Origin: Selaginella moellendorffii
Taxonomy: Eukaryota > Plantae > Lycopodiophyta
Direction of reading: 5' to 3'
Assembly: GCF_000143415.4 (NCBI RefSeq)
Contig: NW_003314278.1
Location: 78,371 to 142,370 of the forward strand
Length of the DNA: 64,000 bases
Position numbers and translations under genes: made by a program. Positions 47,860 through 61,784 of the stretch are shown here, piece after piece; positions within the stretch are counted from its first letter, which is position 1, and every line of letters starts with the position of its first letter. A model generated the notes under the pieces. That model was not told the origin of the DNA and did not search any database. It saw nothing but the letters and a program-made list of their open reading frames with translations.

Positions 47860-49060
47860 TTAGACTCAAACTTGGACTCAAACTCGAACTTGGACTCGAA
47901 CTCAAACTCAGTCTTGGACTCGGTCTTGGGCTCGGTCTTGGTCTCGAACTCAGTCTTGGTCTCGGTCTCAATCTCGATCTTGGTCTCGGTCTTAGTCTCT
48001 TTCTCGGCCTCGACTATAGACTCCATCTCAGGTCCATCTTGGACTCGACATCAGACTCCATCTTGGGTCTATCTCAGACTCCATCTTGAGTCCATCTCGG
48101 ACTCCAATGTTTTTTGGCTGCTCATATATTAAAAATCCATACATTGCAAACATTACACAACAACAAAAATGTAAGTTCTTGAATTTGGACTTCCCGGGAG
48201 GTCATCCAACCCAGTACTATTCAAACCCAAAGACACTTAACCCCAATTATCCCAAGACCCTTAACTGATTGGAAAAGGGGGTGCACTCTTATTCATGAGC
48301 CCTTTCCCTCTATATTTAAACCCCATGGACTGTTTCTGGAGTTGTTCCCTTTAGTTGCTTACAATCCACCATGCTTCCTTGCAAGTTCATGCCCGAACGG
48401 AAGCTAAGAGCTGCAGGTCTCCCGAGAGCCTTGCTCTCTTGACACCCTACCCCTCGGGTCAAGCCTAGCTGGGAGCAAACTAGACCTGCCAGGTGTTAAT
48501 CAACATGTGGTGTGATTCCCTTAGCCAACCAACAGAGTCGAACCCGAGACTTCTCTGATATCAAATGTAAACTCCTAAGTTTGGACTTCTCGGGAGGTCA
48601 CCCATCCCAATACTATTCAAACCGAAGGACGTTTAATTCCAAGTATCCTAAGACCCTTAACCAATTGGAAAAGAGGGTGCACTTTTATTCATGGGCCCTT
48701 TCCCTCTATATTTAAACCCCATGGACCGTCTCTCGAGTCGTTCCCTTTGGTTACTTACAAAAACTTTTCCCAAAAACACTCCATCATAGACTCCATCTTG
48801 GCTCTATCTCGGACTCCATCTCGAGTCCATCTCGGGCACCATTTCTAGTCCATCTCAGATTCCATCTGGGGTCCATCTTGGGTCTATGTTGGATCCATAT
48901 CGGACTCCATCTTAGGTCAATATTGGACTCCATCTCAGACTCCATCTTAGACTCCATCTCAGGTCCATCTCGAGTCCATATCAAACTCCAACTCGGACTC
49001 CATCTCAGATTATTTCTCAGACTCTATCTCGGACTCCTTCTCAAACTCCTTTTTGGACTT
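47860..49060. repeat. Degenerate 6/12-bp tandem array (gactccatctcg-like), split by a TRIM insertion
   Basis: Arrays at ~47860-48107 and ~48780-49060. Confidence 0.8.
48170..48759 (-). mobile_element. Cassandra-like TRIM copy 3, best preserved (590 bp)
   Basis: 194-bp LTRs 48170-48363 and 48566-48759 (TG...CA), 202-bp non-coding interior, PBS remnant ctctgatatca, PPT remnant atccacc, TSD aaaaa/aaaac, 5S-like cores at 48187-48241 and 48583-48637. Confidence 0.92.
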
Positions 49061-50545
49061 GTTTTTGACACTTCCATATGTCACGACACTTGCTATCTGT
49101 TAATTCTTATTGTGTCCCTTTTTAGAGACTCATTCACTGATTGCTTTGCGCTCATTCCTTGAGCATTTTGTTCAGAGTTCCATTCCCATTCTCGACTTTC
49201 CAAATCGGAACCTTTAGTCCAAACATGTTACGTTTGTTAAACTTCCGCTTCGACCACTACCATGTGGAACCTTTTTTGCTCTACTTTGGGGCTTAGGGAT
49301 TTGTGTCTCACAATTCCACCACCTATAGACAAAGTTTGATGTCCTCATCGAACAATAAACCATTTTATAAAGTAATTTTATCATGGATTACTATTTTTCA
49401 TCCTTGGCACTAAGCTAATATTCATTAATGGTTCGACACCAAAGATTCACTTGCTTTGCCCATCCTCTAAGGATCATAATCTCTCCAACTTAGAGATTCA
49501 TTAGACCACTTATGGTGGTCTTTCCTTTTTTGTTTGTTTAATTCGTGCTAAATTTGTTAGAGGCATTTCTCTATTTCAATTTTACTACTTATTCAAGAGT
49601 AGTTTCGGCCTTTACTAATATAACCATCGCACTCTAAAACTTTAATATTGATATCTCGAATCAATTTCCTAAGTGTGTCCAACACTTTGCATTGCACTAA
49701 TTATATAAACTCTACTTCCCCATCTTAGAAAGTTTTTTATTGGAAGGCATCATCATCCTTTCTTTTATTTCATGCCACCTTTGACACTAAATTCCACTTA
49801 TTCATAATTTGTGCTAGGGTTATCCATGACTTTATCACTTAGCTACTTTATCACTCTATCTCTTTTGGAACTTTTTACCTTCACCAAATTGAAGTATGTG
49901 GGAATCCATTTTTGGAAATATATTTTCTTTCCCACAATCCATTAACATCCATCATATAGGTGCTCCTTGCCTAACTTATTATATAGATTCCTTTTAATGA
50001 TTTTTATGGCCCATTTTTGGCCATTAGTCTTTTGTTCCTATCTTTTATTACATTACACAACATAAAATCACTACCTCCATCCTTGAGGTATCCTTTTGGT
50101 TTTATAGCAAATACTCTACTTTGCTAAGTCCAAAAGGTGTTCATCCCTAGTAAGTCTACCCAATATTTTCTGTTGTGGGCTCTATCCACAACCCAACCTT
50201 ACAACCCACTTATAAGTCCTTCCTTAGAGACTATTTTCTTGAACTCACAATATTATTACATTGTCGTAGTTCATTTCCTTAGGTGTCCTTCCCACTTAGT
50301 CACCTTGACCAAGCCATACTATTACCAATAGTTTAAATCAACATTTTGAACTAAAAACTTTATTTGTTAACCTCATAAGGACCTTGTCTTTGTTTAGCCG
50401 TAAGATCATCTAGTGATCTAACATTGACACTTTAACAGGTTTGCCAATAGTTACTAGGTTTACTAGACCTTTAAGTTGTTAACTATAACCCCAGGGGCAT
50501 CCCCTACACTTGGTGGTGCACTCAAGCCAACCCTTCTGGCAAAGG

Positions 50546-51539
50546 GTCCATAGCAATTGAGATTAGGTGTCCCCATTTCATTCACCATGTCCTTAGTACC
50601 ACTTGCACTAAAGTGTTTAATTTAGATATGCCAAGTTTTCATACTAAGCAATCTAATTGTGCATCATGACTCCAAGGCATTCTCTGCTTGGTGGTGTGCC
50701 CAAGCTAGTCTCCTTACTGAGAGTCTATGACCACCAAAAAATGAGTGTTTTTATATTCCAAACTATCACCATGCTTTAGTGAGTTAGGACTCAAACTTGT
50801 CCCCCCAATTTACCAATATCGCTTAGCAAGTCACTCGACCAGTGTAACATGGTTTTATGTATAAGCGTGAAAGTCTTTAACCATCGACTTTCATTCAAAG
50901 CCATCTCTTTGAACATTTGGGAATTAATTCCCTAACCTTGATAACCTCGCCACCTATAGGCAGGGGCATATCACACTTTTGTAAACTGGGTGACACCCAA
51001 AGTAGCAAAGGTGGCTAACTCCATTGGTCATTTCTTTATCATAGTCCATAGCAATTGAGATTAGGTGTCCCCATTTCATTCACCATGTCCTTAGTACCAC
51101 TTGCACTAAAGTGTTTAATTTAGATATGCCAAGTTTTCATACTAAGCAATCTAATTGTGCATCATGACTCCAAGGCATTCTCTGCTTGGTGGTGTGCCCA
51201 AGCTAGTCTCCTTACTGAGAGTCTATGACCACCAAAAAATGAGTGTTTTTATATTCCAAACTATCACCATGCTTTAGTGAGTTAGGACTCAAACTTGTCC
51301 CCCCAATTTACCAATATCGCTTAGCAAGTCACTCGACCAGTGTAACATGGTTTTATGTATAAGCGTGAAAGTCTTTAACCATCGACTTTCATTCAAAGCC
51401 ATCTCTTTGAACATTTGGGAATTAATTCCCTAACCTTGATAACCTCGCCACCTATAGGCAGGGGCATATCACACTTTTGTAAACTGGGTGACACCCAAAG
51501 TAGCAAAGGTGGCTAACTCCATTGGTCATTTCTTTATCA
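50546..51539. repeat. 496-bp direct tandem duplication
   Basis: 50546-51041 is repeated at 51044-51539 with a 2-bp filler. No differences seen by eye. Confidence 0.95.
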
Positions 51540-53859
51540 GCAACGGCTAGAAAATGTTTGAGTGTAGCACATTTACGTTAGACAAAGAAGTTACCTTAAC
51601 TCATTTAAGTCTATATTTCTCACATAGTGTGATCACTATGAACTTTTTCTTGAGTTGTTTCTTTGGCGGTGATCTAGACTTGAGTATGCATCACCGAGGA
51701 TGTCGTACTTCCCTAAAGGTTGGAGAGTGTCACAAATGTGACTATAGATATCCAAAGTTATTTGTCGGCTAATCCTTTCGAATATTCTTTCCTTACTACT
51801 ACAACAGCAAAAGGTTGGTATTGCTAGATCCTTATCAATCTCCACCTAAGCTAGTTGCGAAACTAGTTAATGCTTATATACTTAAATCAGATAAACATAA
51901 GGTAGGAACTCCTATAGCCTAGTTTGAGATATAGAGTTGGGAACCCCCACAATATTAAGCTTGGTCCCTCAATATTTGCCAAATGATAACTTACTATATT
52001 TTTCAAATACCTTCGCTATCATGCACTTTGTATTAATCCCGTTCGGTCCCAATTACTAATTATAGGAAGTGTCTAGATTTGCTAATTTGGCATATCTACA
52101 GAATGTAAAAATTGTCCTAAACACAATGGTGTTGGTCCCATGTTGAAATTCACAATCTAACACCATTCTATATTTAGTAAATTTCAAGTGAATCCCAAAG
52201 ATTAACTCTCGATACTAAGGGTGAATAAGGGTGAAAGCCCAAAGCGTGTGTTCCTCAAGAGAGGAGGTGCATATTGGGGGGGAGGGGGGAGGGGGGAGGG
52301 GGGAGGGTAGGCATGGCTGACCAACCTAAGGCATAGTTTAGCTCTTGTTTGTGTGTCTGTCCTTGTTCTACATTCGGCTTGGGTTTAAGCCTAAACTCTC
52401 TTTAGCTCCATTTTGCGTGTTGGTCCTGGCATTGGGATGTTATGTGCTCTAGGACTATTCCAAGTTGCTCTATACTTCTGTCCTTTCGCTTTTTGGGCTG
52501 TACACTTGGGAGTAGCTCCGTACTCCAATTCTTATGCTCTTTAGCTCCATGCTTAGAAGTTTAGCTCCATCCCTTCATTCAGTAGCCCAAGGCTCTGAAA
52601 CTCGGGTTCCACTCTGTTGTCCTTAAATATATAACATGTACCACATAGCATATGACATGTGGCACATAGAGGGTTTAGATTCTGTTTCGTGGTTATCCTA
52701 TGGTAAATCACCATAAAATAAAGGGTAAAAACTATATATGCTACAATGGATTTTGGAGCCTCAACGCACCTCATACCATTGAAGAGCACTTTCTACAAGT
52801 ATCAACCACTGGAGAAGGAGATCTTTGTAGGAGACAAATACCCCTTGACAATGGAAGGACAAGGCACGGTCATTATAAAGTTGGAGAGTGGAGCTGAGAA
52901 GCTTGTGAACCAAGTCTACTACTTACTAGAAGCAAGACAAACAATCTTCTCAGCATAGTAATATGGCATATTTAATCACTCATTTGTTTTTCATCCCACT
53001 ACGAAAAATGTATTTGGCTAGACAATACGTGCAGTCAATTGAATTTGCTGCTCCTCTTCCCAAATTCTCAGTAGGTGTAGCAGCAGATCAAGGCTTCTCA
53101 ACACTCTTCAACACAGACGGATGCACCACTTTGACGAGACTGCCATCCAATAGCTTTTGGTAGACAAGCTGAGACTCTCTACAAGCTCAATACTTAGTTG
53201 ATCCTCTCAAGTCACAAGGCACTCAACACAGCAGTGTATCTTAAGGACTGGCTGCCAACACATTCCACGGGACATGTGCCATTTCAAGTATGGACAGGGA
53301 AACACCTCAAATTAGGACATCTACAGGTGTTTAGCTGTGTTGCCTATGCCTACATTCCAAATGCTCAGCACCAGAATCTAGCTGATGTAGAGCCAAGAGG
53401 AGTTGCTGAAGGAGCTGAACATGGTACTTCTCTTCCTTCGACACCTCTTCTGATGACTCCATAGGCCACATCAGCTGCATCCTCAAGCACCAATGACCTA
53501 GAACATTTCCATGCTCGTGGCTGACCTATTTGTTGGTCACGAGTTCTATCAAGATGCCACCACTTTTCCCAGCATTCCCAAGCTACCACTGCCAACAACT
53601 GGCACAGCAATGGTGACACGCTCAGGTCGTGTCATGAAACCATCTCTCAAGGCCAAGAAGGCGATGGCTACAACCTACTTCTGGGTTATGATGGCTCCAC
53701 CTGCCTCTCTTAGTCCCCAATGGAGATTTGTGGCATGCAGATTTTCTCAAGTTCATGGGCTGGACTACACGGAGACTTACAGCCCTATGGTGAAGCTTAC
53801 AACCATTCGTATGCTACTAATCTTAGCTGCATAATTGGATCTCGAGCTCCATCAACTTG

Positions 53860-56800
53860 TGTTAGAGGTAGAGATGATATGGCATGTAGTTATGCCTACG
53901 TGGCAGTAGTTCCATGTATATATATACCATCCATATACAGTTGAATACATAGAGAAAGTTCTTCCTCCTCATGTGTGTCTCTCTGATATTAACATGGTAT
54001 CAGAGCAATTGGCTCCTTGATCCTAAGCATGGCACTTGCTGGCTAGGAGGCCAATGATGAGGAGGAGGATGAGCCTCTTGATTGCAATCCCTTTTTGCAA
54101 TGTTTGAAGCTTTTGTTAGATGTGCTAGATGCTTGAGGTGTTGCATCAAGGCACCAAACTGTGTAAAGGTGTTGAGCAGCAAGTAGTGGCAAGTAGAGCA
54201 TAAAGCCAATAGGAGATTAAGAGATTTTAGCAACCCACATCAAAAATTAGATCAAGCAAAATTCAAAAACATTGCATAACATTTCTTGCAAGAATTTCTA
54301 GCAATTGGGAAGGATGCTTATGGAGATTTGAGTGTCTGGTAGCAGTAGAAGTGGGAGCTTAGTAGTTCACAACCAAGACCATGAAAAAAGTATATGAAAA
54401 ACTCATCAATAAACTACCCAAAACTTGGTTCTTGGTCTTGGACTTCATTGCACAGTCTTTGCTCTTTGCTATGGCTTCAATTAGCTCTCCATACTCATCA
54501 TCTCAGACGAGATAAGCACAATTCAAGTTTAGATTCATGCTTGGATTAACTGTCTAATTATTATGATTTGGCGCAAAAAGACAAAGATCTAGTCTCCCTA
54601 GACTACGTTATGCCACCTCTTGAGGTTCCTCACCACCCAACCACCCTCAAAAGCTCTATTGTGCTACCGCTCCACTATGAGCCTTAGTATAGGTTTTTGT
54701 CATACCTTAATATACCCTTAAACTTCCCTTTGACTGATGTTGACCACGTGGTCAAAGCTAGTGCCTAACAATTCTTGTCCCAAAGACAAGTTGTACTGGT
54801 AATCACCCTTTCTAAGGAACTAAGCTCCTAGTCCATTTTCCACAGCCATATACATCAAAGAGGTATTAGGCCCATCACTCTGAGATGGTACACTTTTCAA
54901 TTGCTTGACATAAAATATTAGATGAATTTTCACCTCAGTTGGCAACCACACCTGATAAGCCACTTTACCAATGCGCTCTAGCACTTCATATGAAACAGCA
55001 TACCAATGAGAAAGTTTATCACTCTTCCCAGTCTACAAAGGCACCAAAGTGTTCCATCACTCACTTGATGGAAAGATCACTCGCATGAAAACAAGATCAC
55101 CCACCTTATATTCCTGGAATTGGCAATGCTTATTAGCAAACTTCTCCACTCTATCATAAGTTACTTGTAAGTTCCATTTGCACACCACCAGAATCTTATT
55201 AAGTTCTATGGCTAGATCAATTGCCCCGAAATCAAACTTATCTTGAACATCCTCACTCAAATGCAATCCTAACTCCATTATTATTCAGGGATGCCTTCTA
55301 AACATGGCAAAGTAAGGATTTAGCTTCATTCCACTATGTTAGCTATTTTTGTAAGCAAATTACACTAACAGAAGATATAAACCCTATTGTCCCTACCTTT
55401 GACCAATGCTATAGTGTAACATATCCTCCACCACTTGATTCACATGCTCAGTTTGCCTATCCGTATAAGGATGATCTCCACTCAAGAGTTTTGCATAACC
55501 TTAACAAAGCTCTTCCAAAATCCACTAGTGAACTTTGAATCTCAATCACTAATAATATCCATTGGCAAACCAAAATTAGGAAAAACCTTCTCTAAGTACA
55601 CTATAGCCATGTTTGAGGCAGTAACAGTCTTTCGAAAAGCCAACAATTGCACATACTTCATCAACCAATCCAATATGACCTATACTTGCTCCTTTTGCCT
55701 CTATATTCGTGGCAAACAAGTGATGAAGTCCATAAAGATACTATACCAATAGCTTTGAGGAATAGGTAAAGGTTGCAAAAGTCCTCTCAGCTTCACTTGT
55801 GGCACCTTTACTCACTGATAGAGGTCACATGATTTATAATACTTGAGAATATCAACCTTCATATTCCTCCAATAAAAATTGCATTTAATCAATTGTCTTT
55901 TTCCCCCCAAAATGACTAGCCTCTATGATCACAATAGTGGAATAGAATTTGAGTAATTAACACATCCACCCATAGCAAATATACACGGCCATTGTAGTAA
56001 AGAATCCAATGAGAAAAGTGCTTCTATCTAGGCTCGCAAAGAGACCACCTCAGCATCTTAAGCTTGAGCACATTTAACCAGTTGCCCAAACTCACTGACC
56101 ACCTTACTCAAATGATACCAAAATCATGTTTGTAACACTGTTACATAATGAAAATGAGATAAAGTATTCACCACCACATTTGATTTTCCCAAATGATGCT
56201 CAATAGGAAACTCTCTAAACTCCATGAGTTTGACCATCTAACAAGCTTGCCTAGTGTTTAACTCCTTTTGCGTGAAAAGATACACAAAAGGTTTGTGATC
56301 TGTCAACACCACGAACTTTGCACCATAAAGATAGTGTCGCCACATCCGCAAGGCATGAATAATATAAAATAACTCTTGTTCATATATGGAATAATGTTTC
56401 TTTACAGAATTCAAAATTCAACTCTCATATGCAATAGGTTGTCCCTCTTGCATAAGAACTCCTCCCAGTGCATAACCACTCACATCACATGTCACCTCAT
56501 AACGTTTTGATGGATCAACAATGCAAAACACTAGAGCCTCGCTTCACAACCATTTCAATGCCACAAAACTCTCCTCATGTGGCTTCCCCCACTCGAATGG
56601 CTCATTTTTGTGCAACAATTGTGTCAAAGGAATAGTCACTTCTACAAACTTACATTGGAAACATCAGTAGTAACTAGCCATACCAAAGAAACTACATAAT
56701 TTGGCCATTGAAGTTGGTGTAGGCCAGTTCCCCACCACAGCCACCTTCCTTAGATCCGTCTTGACACTTTTAGATATCACAATATAACCTAGATATTCTA

Positions 56801-59353
56801 TCTCCAAATTTGCAAACTCATATTTGCTTTTGTTCGCATAAAATTTGTTGTCACATAGTAATAAAAGAACCTTGCGCAAATGCACCTTATACTTTTATAT
56901 ATTCTTGTTAAAAACAACAATATCATCCAAGAAAATCTCCACAAACTCATGAAGATAATGCCCAAATACCTCTATCATCAACCAAGTAAATATGGCTAGT
57001 GCATTCGTCAAACCAAATGGCATAACTATAAATTCAAAATGCCTGAAGCTCATATTGAATGTCATCTTAGAAATAAATGCATCATCCATTATAATTTGAT
57101 GATACAAATTAATCTTGGTAAACATTCGTGTTTCAGTAAGCTTGTTTAATATATCATCCATACACAGCATCGGCATCTTATCCTTCACTATCTTTTTGTT
57201 TAAGGCATAGTAGTCACATCCGCATTAAACCATCCTTCTTCACAAGCAAGACCGGAGCACCAAACAGAGACTTACTTGGCTGAATAAATCTAAACTCAAG
57301 TAATTTCTTGACTTGTTGAACTTCTTGCTCCTCTACATAACTCAATTGAAATGGATGCCGGTAAATTGGCCACATCCTTGGCTCCAACGTAATCCTATAC
57401 TTCACATTTTATAATGGAGGCAACTTATGAAGAAGTTCAGATGGAAAAATATCAGAAAACTTGTCAAGTACATCCCGTACTATTGCTTCTCCCCCATACA
57501 TGCCTTGGTCCCCCAAGTCATGAACAAACAACAAGTAACTCAAAAGTGCTTTTCCATTATGACAAGCCCATTTCAAAGATGTAGCAGAGAGCATAATAAC
57601 TGGAGGTTGAACTCTCTCTCTAAACCACACATCTTTAAAGCCACTGTACTCCAACAAGACATGCTTAATACTCCACTTTATCTTCAAATCCATCTTCACC
57701 AACTATGGCATTCCAAGACTGAGATTCACATAATGAATATGCAGAAGATAAAATGTCTCTACAAATGTAGTTTTGCCAACCAACACTTCTAACCCCCTTA
57801 CACAAGCATTGAAATGTTGAGCAAAGGTAACTACATCTTCCACTGTGTATGGAAGAATTCTTCATGTCACCAAGCCATGTTCCTCAACAAACTTTGCCAA
57901 AACAAAGTTGTCATCGCTCCCACTATCTAGTAAAATTTACACTAAACCGCTACGGAACACACCCTCTAACATTAAAGTTGATTCACAAGTGCCCTTGAGC
58001 TCCATTTTGTTCCATACATAATTGAGTTAATGAGCAACAATTGAAAGCCTCTTCCTCCGATTGGAATGGTCATCCATGTCATCCTCACGTTGCAAAGTTT
58101 ACAACTTTTTAGCATTTGACCTGTCAGTAGAAGAGTGGCCATTCTTTTTGCTCTACTGCTTGTTCTTCAACTATGAACAATCAACCTTTTAATGTCCAAG
58201 CTCACTATAGTGATGACAACCCTATCTATAATTCTTCACAAAGAACTTCTACTTCTTTGACCTTTTTGCATCCGAAGTAGTCACCATAAACTTTAGTTTG
58301 TGATATTTGTTTCCATCTTTGATTATCACAATAATTCTCGACAGAAGAACTCCTCGAATGCTTATGAAACTTGTGCTTGTTATTATCAAGTCAACAAGCC
58401 ACATCAAAGAGCTCCTCCAAACTTTTTGTAGGTTGAGAATGACACAAGTGTTGCCACATGCTCTCACTATGAAGGCCATCAATGAAGTAAGACTTATTCT
58501 AATCTAGATCCTTCATTAGAACATAGTTAATCAAGTGAGTAAGCTTCTCAATATAGTCCCCAAGCATTATTTCCCTTGCTGGAAATGTCAAAGTTCTATG
58601 TGAGCATTCTCCATGTTATAGTGAGGAGCAAAACATAAATGGAAAACAACCTCAAACTCATCTATAGTAGACATTAATGGTTTTTTATTTGTAACACGAG
58701 ACTTTTCAAGCCAATTCCACCACTGAAGATCTACATCACGCAAAACCATTGGAATAGCCACTAAAGTTTTTGCATTTGGAGTTCCCCTAGCAGCCAAAAA
58801 CTTCTTCACATTGGCTAGTTAAGTTAAACATTCATCCACACTACCCTCATTGGAAAAGGTTAAAATTTTGAGTTGATCTACTAAGGAAGGCTTACTTGGA
58901 GCACCATCACATTCAACCTTGATTGCCTCAACATATTCACGTATGGTATCTATCATGCCATGCATCTTATTTTACATCTCTTGTTAATTTTGATTAAAGG
59001 CTTGTAACTCATAAACAACATTTTGAATGGTCCAAACCTCTTATACCAATATTATGATCCGGCATAAAAAGACAAAAAATTAATTTCGTTAGACTATGCT
59101 ATGCCACCTCTTGAGGTTCCTCACCGCCCAACCACCCCCGAGCTACCTCAAAAGCTCCATGAACTTCCCTTTGACCAATGTTGACCATGTGGTCAAAGCT
59201 ACATTGATCATGAGTGGAAGTGTTAGAGGTAGAAATGATGTGGCATATAGTTATGCCTATGTGGTAGTAGTTCCATGTATATATACTATCCATATACAGC
59301 TGAATACACAGAGAAAGTTCTTCCTCCTCGTGCACATCTCTCCATTGCTAACA
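53860..59353 (+). mobile_element. Non-autonomous TRIM-like LTR element nested in the Copia RT
   Basis: LTRs 53860-53994 and 59221-59353 (TGTTAG...TAACA), PBS tggtatcagagc, PPT gagtggaag, perfect TSD ACTTG. Confidence 0.9.
54561..59203 (-). mobile_element. Degenerate Gypsy element nested inside the TRIM
   Basis: Related LTRs at ~54561-54769 and ~59052-59203. Minus-strand gag, RT (FGAPVLLVKK, VMPFGLTNA, FLDDIVV), RNaseH and integrase remnants. Confidence 0.88.
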
Positions 59354-61784
59354 ACTTGATGTTTGTACTGCATTCCTCAATGGCAACATCAATGAAGAAA
59401 TGTATTTAGCTCAGCCTCTTGATTTTATCAAGCCTGGAGAAGAACACCTCGTTTGTAAACTTCACAAAGCTCTCTACAGACTCAAGTAGTTGCCACGCCA
59501 ATGGTACATGAAAATAGATTCTCTTCTAATTTCCTTTGGTTTCGTGTGCAGCACTGCTGATTGTAACCTCTACATATATTTTGACGCTGAGGGCTATTCG
59601 TTCCTCTATTCTTGTACGTTTGATCCACAAATAAAATGTACCTTGGAGCTAAATTTGCCATGAAAGACCTCAGTGAGTTGCATTTCTGCCTCAGTATCCA
59701 GGTGATGCGAAACAGGGAGCGAGGCACTCTGGAGCTAAGCCAGGCAAAATATATTTCCGACGTGCTCCAGAGATATGGACTTGCTCATGTTAATCCTGTT
59801 GCTACTCCCATGGACACAGGCACGAAATTATCTGCTGAGAGTAGAGAGTACCTTGATCAATCTCCCGAGGAGGAGAAAGCATCTAGAGCAGTCTATCGCT
59901 CTATGGTCGGCAACCTGATCTACCTGGTAATCTCCACTCGGCCTGACCTTGCATATGCTGTGGGAATAGTGGTGAAGTACCTGGACCGACCTAGACCGTC
60001 CCTCCACAGCACACTGGCAGGCTTTGAAACGTATTATGAGGTACGTGGCAGGGACTAACCAGCTAACTTTGAAGTACTCCAAAGGCAAGAGCGGCAACAA
60101 GCTGGCTGGTTACTCTGATGCTGATTGGGCAGGAGATCCAGACAACAGGAAGTCAACCACAGGCTACGTTTTCCTGCTAAATGGAAATGTCACAAGCTGG
60201 TGCAGCAAGCGACAGGCTATTACAGCAATGTCAAGTACCGAGGCTAAGTACATAGCTGCAGCAGCTGAAACCAAGGAAGCAGCGTGGCTGAAGGGACTTC
60301 TACAGGATCTACAGGCATGGTCAAGCTATTGTGTGACAACCAGTCTGCAATAGCCCTGACCAAGAACTCCAGATCCAGAGAGGAATGATCGAGCTGGAGT
60401 AACTCCATACTAGCAGACGTGCTGGCGAAACCACTTCCTCGTGTTAAACATGAAGTTTTCACGAAGGCTCTTGGACTGACTTTAGACGTTGGCCTTGTGT
60501 GGGAGTGAACAAGACCACGTCAGCACACAGCCACGTGATCGTCACGATAAACTCATACCTTTAACCGTCATAACAATAATAACAACACCGTTTCATAATA
60601 CCACATAGACTGCAAACCTATGGCAATGGAGATTTCTTTGTTTTTTTGTCTATTGTAGATGCTTGTTGATCAGCTCCCCTAGCAATTACAGTCAGTGAGG
60701 GCTTCCTTGCTTAATTTCCTGGACAAGTTGCAATCCTGCCCTACTTGCATATTGGCATTGCAACTGTTTATGCCTCCATAATCAAATGCGTTCAAAATCA
60801 TTAAAATAAATATACCAGAATTAATATATCTCACCCCTCATTCCAAGCCTTTAAAAGAAGTGTTAAAAATTTGAAAAATAGTATCTCTTGAACAAGGCCC
60901 AGCTCAAGAGTAAACGGCTCTCCCCCTGGTTCCAGCACTGCCATAGTACTTGTCAGTATCATCTCAAATGTCACCCATACTCCAAGCACTCCCACCGCAG
61001 TTCTTGCTCCCATTCTCCTACCACCACGCACTTCCTCTTGCATCTGCCACACCTTCGATTCCCCAGTCCACACACTGGATCCAGTGATGGGAGATGCTCC
61101 CAGCCTTATTCTTCAAGGCACCACTCCAACACTACATCTTGATACACAGAGCCACGCCGCTGCAGGTTAAGGTCACCACCAGCACAGTCCCAATCATCAA
61201 GGCACCAACACTCTAGCTTGCACCATCATCACCTATGCTCTCACTTGCTGCAGCCGATGGAACCTAGAGTGGAAGAGGCCCAAAAGGAGACCACCAATGC
61301 CAACACAGCGAAAGGAGGCCCATGACGCTCACCAAATAGCTTGCCCATGCAGGGGCCACAATGAGTGGAGCCAAATGGACCAAAGCTTTTGGTAGCCTGG
61401 TGCCCCAGATCCACACGTCAATCTGCTCCCAAGCCTGCCAAGTTATACTCATTCCTTCCGCTGGAGGAAACAGGAGCACTCCTGCTAAGGTTACAGATGC
61501 AGACCTAGAGGGTATCAAGCCTCCAACCTGGTTTCAGTCTCCCTCCACCTAGTTGGCAATGATGTAGCACACTTACATGCCATTTCTCTCTTCCACTCCT
61601 ATCTGACTCTCTCTCTCTCACCCTCTCTTCTCTCTCTTCTCCGTCCCATGAGTAGTGATTGGAAGTAATGTTATATGGCAACACCAAAGAGAGGGTTCCT
61701 TTTTTCCTCTTTTCCTTTGTATCCAATGCCAACCAGTTCTCTCTCTCTAATGGGGCAATTGAGAGATTTCAATAACCTAAATTA

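Larger units (their letters stand above)
52700..60510 (+). mobile_element. Degenerate Ty1/Copia element interrupted by nested insertions
   Basis: MDFGASTHL protease. RT FSQVHGLDYTETYSP...LELHQL resumes at 59354 as [44 protein letters not shown]. Confidence 0.9.

Noticed and set aside
48187-48637. 5S rRNA genes
   Set aside because: Only ~55 bp of the internal control region is present, embedded in paired LTRs. The 5S 5' part and terminal stem are absent.
47860-49060. CRISPR-like array or repetitive protein ORFs (ETKTE, MESEMES)
   Set aside because: Degenerate short tandem repeat without unique spacers, eukaryotic context and no cas genes. The ORFs are by-products of the repeat.
52275-52307. 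G-tract (and C-tract at ~3978-4002) as functional G-quadruplex
   Set aside because: Both lie in decayed TE sequence and could be expanded polypurine tracts. There is no evidence of function.
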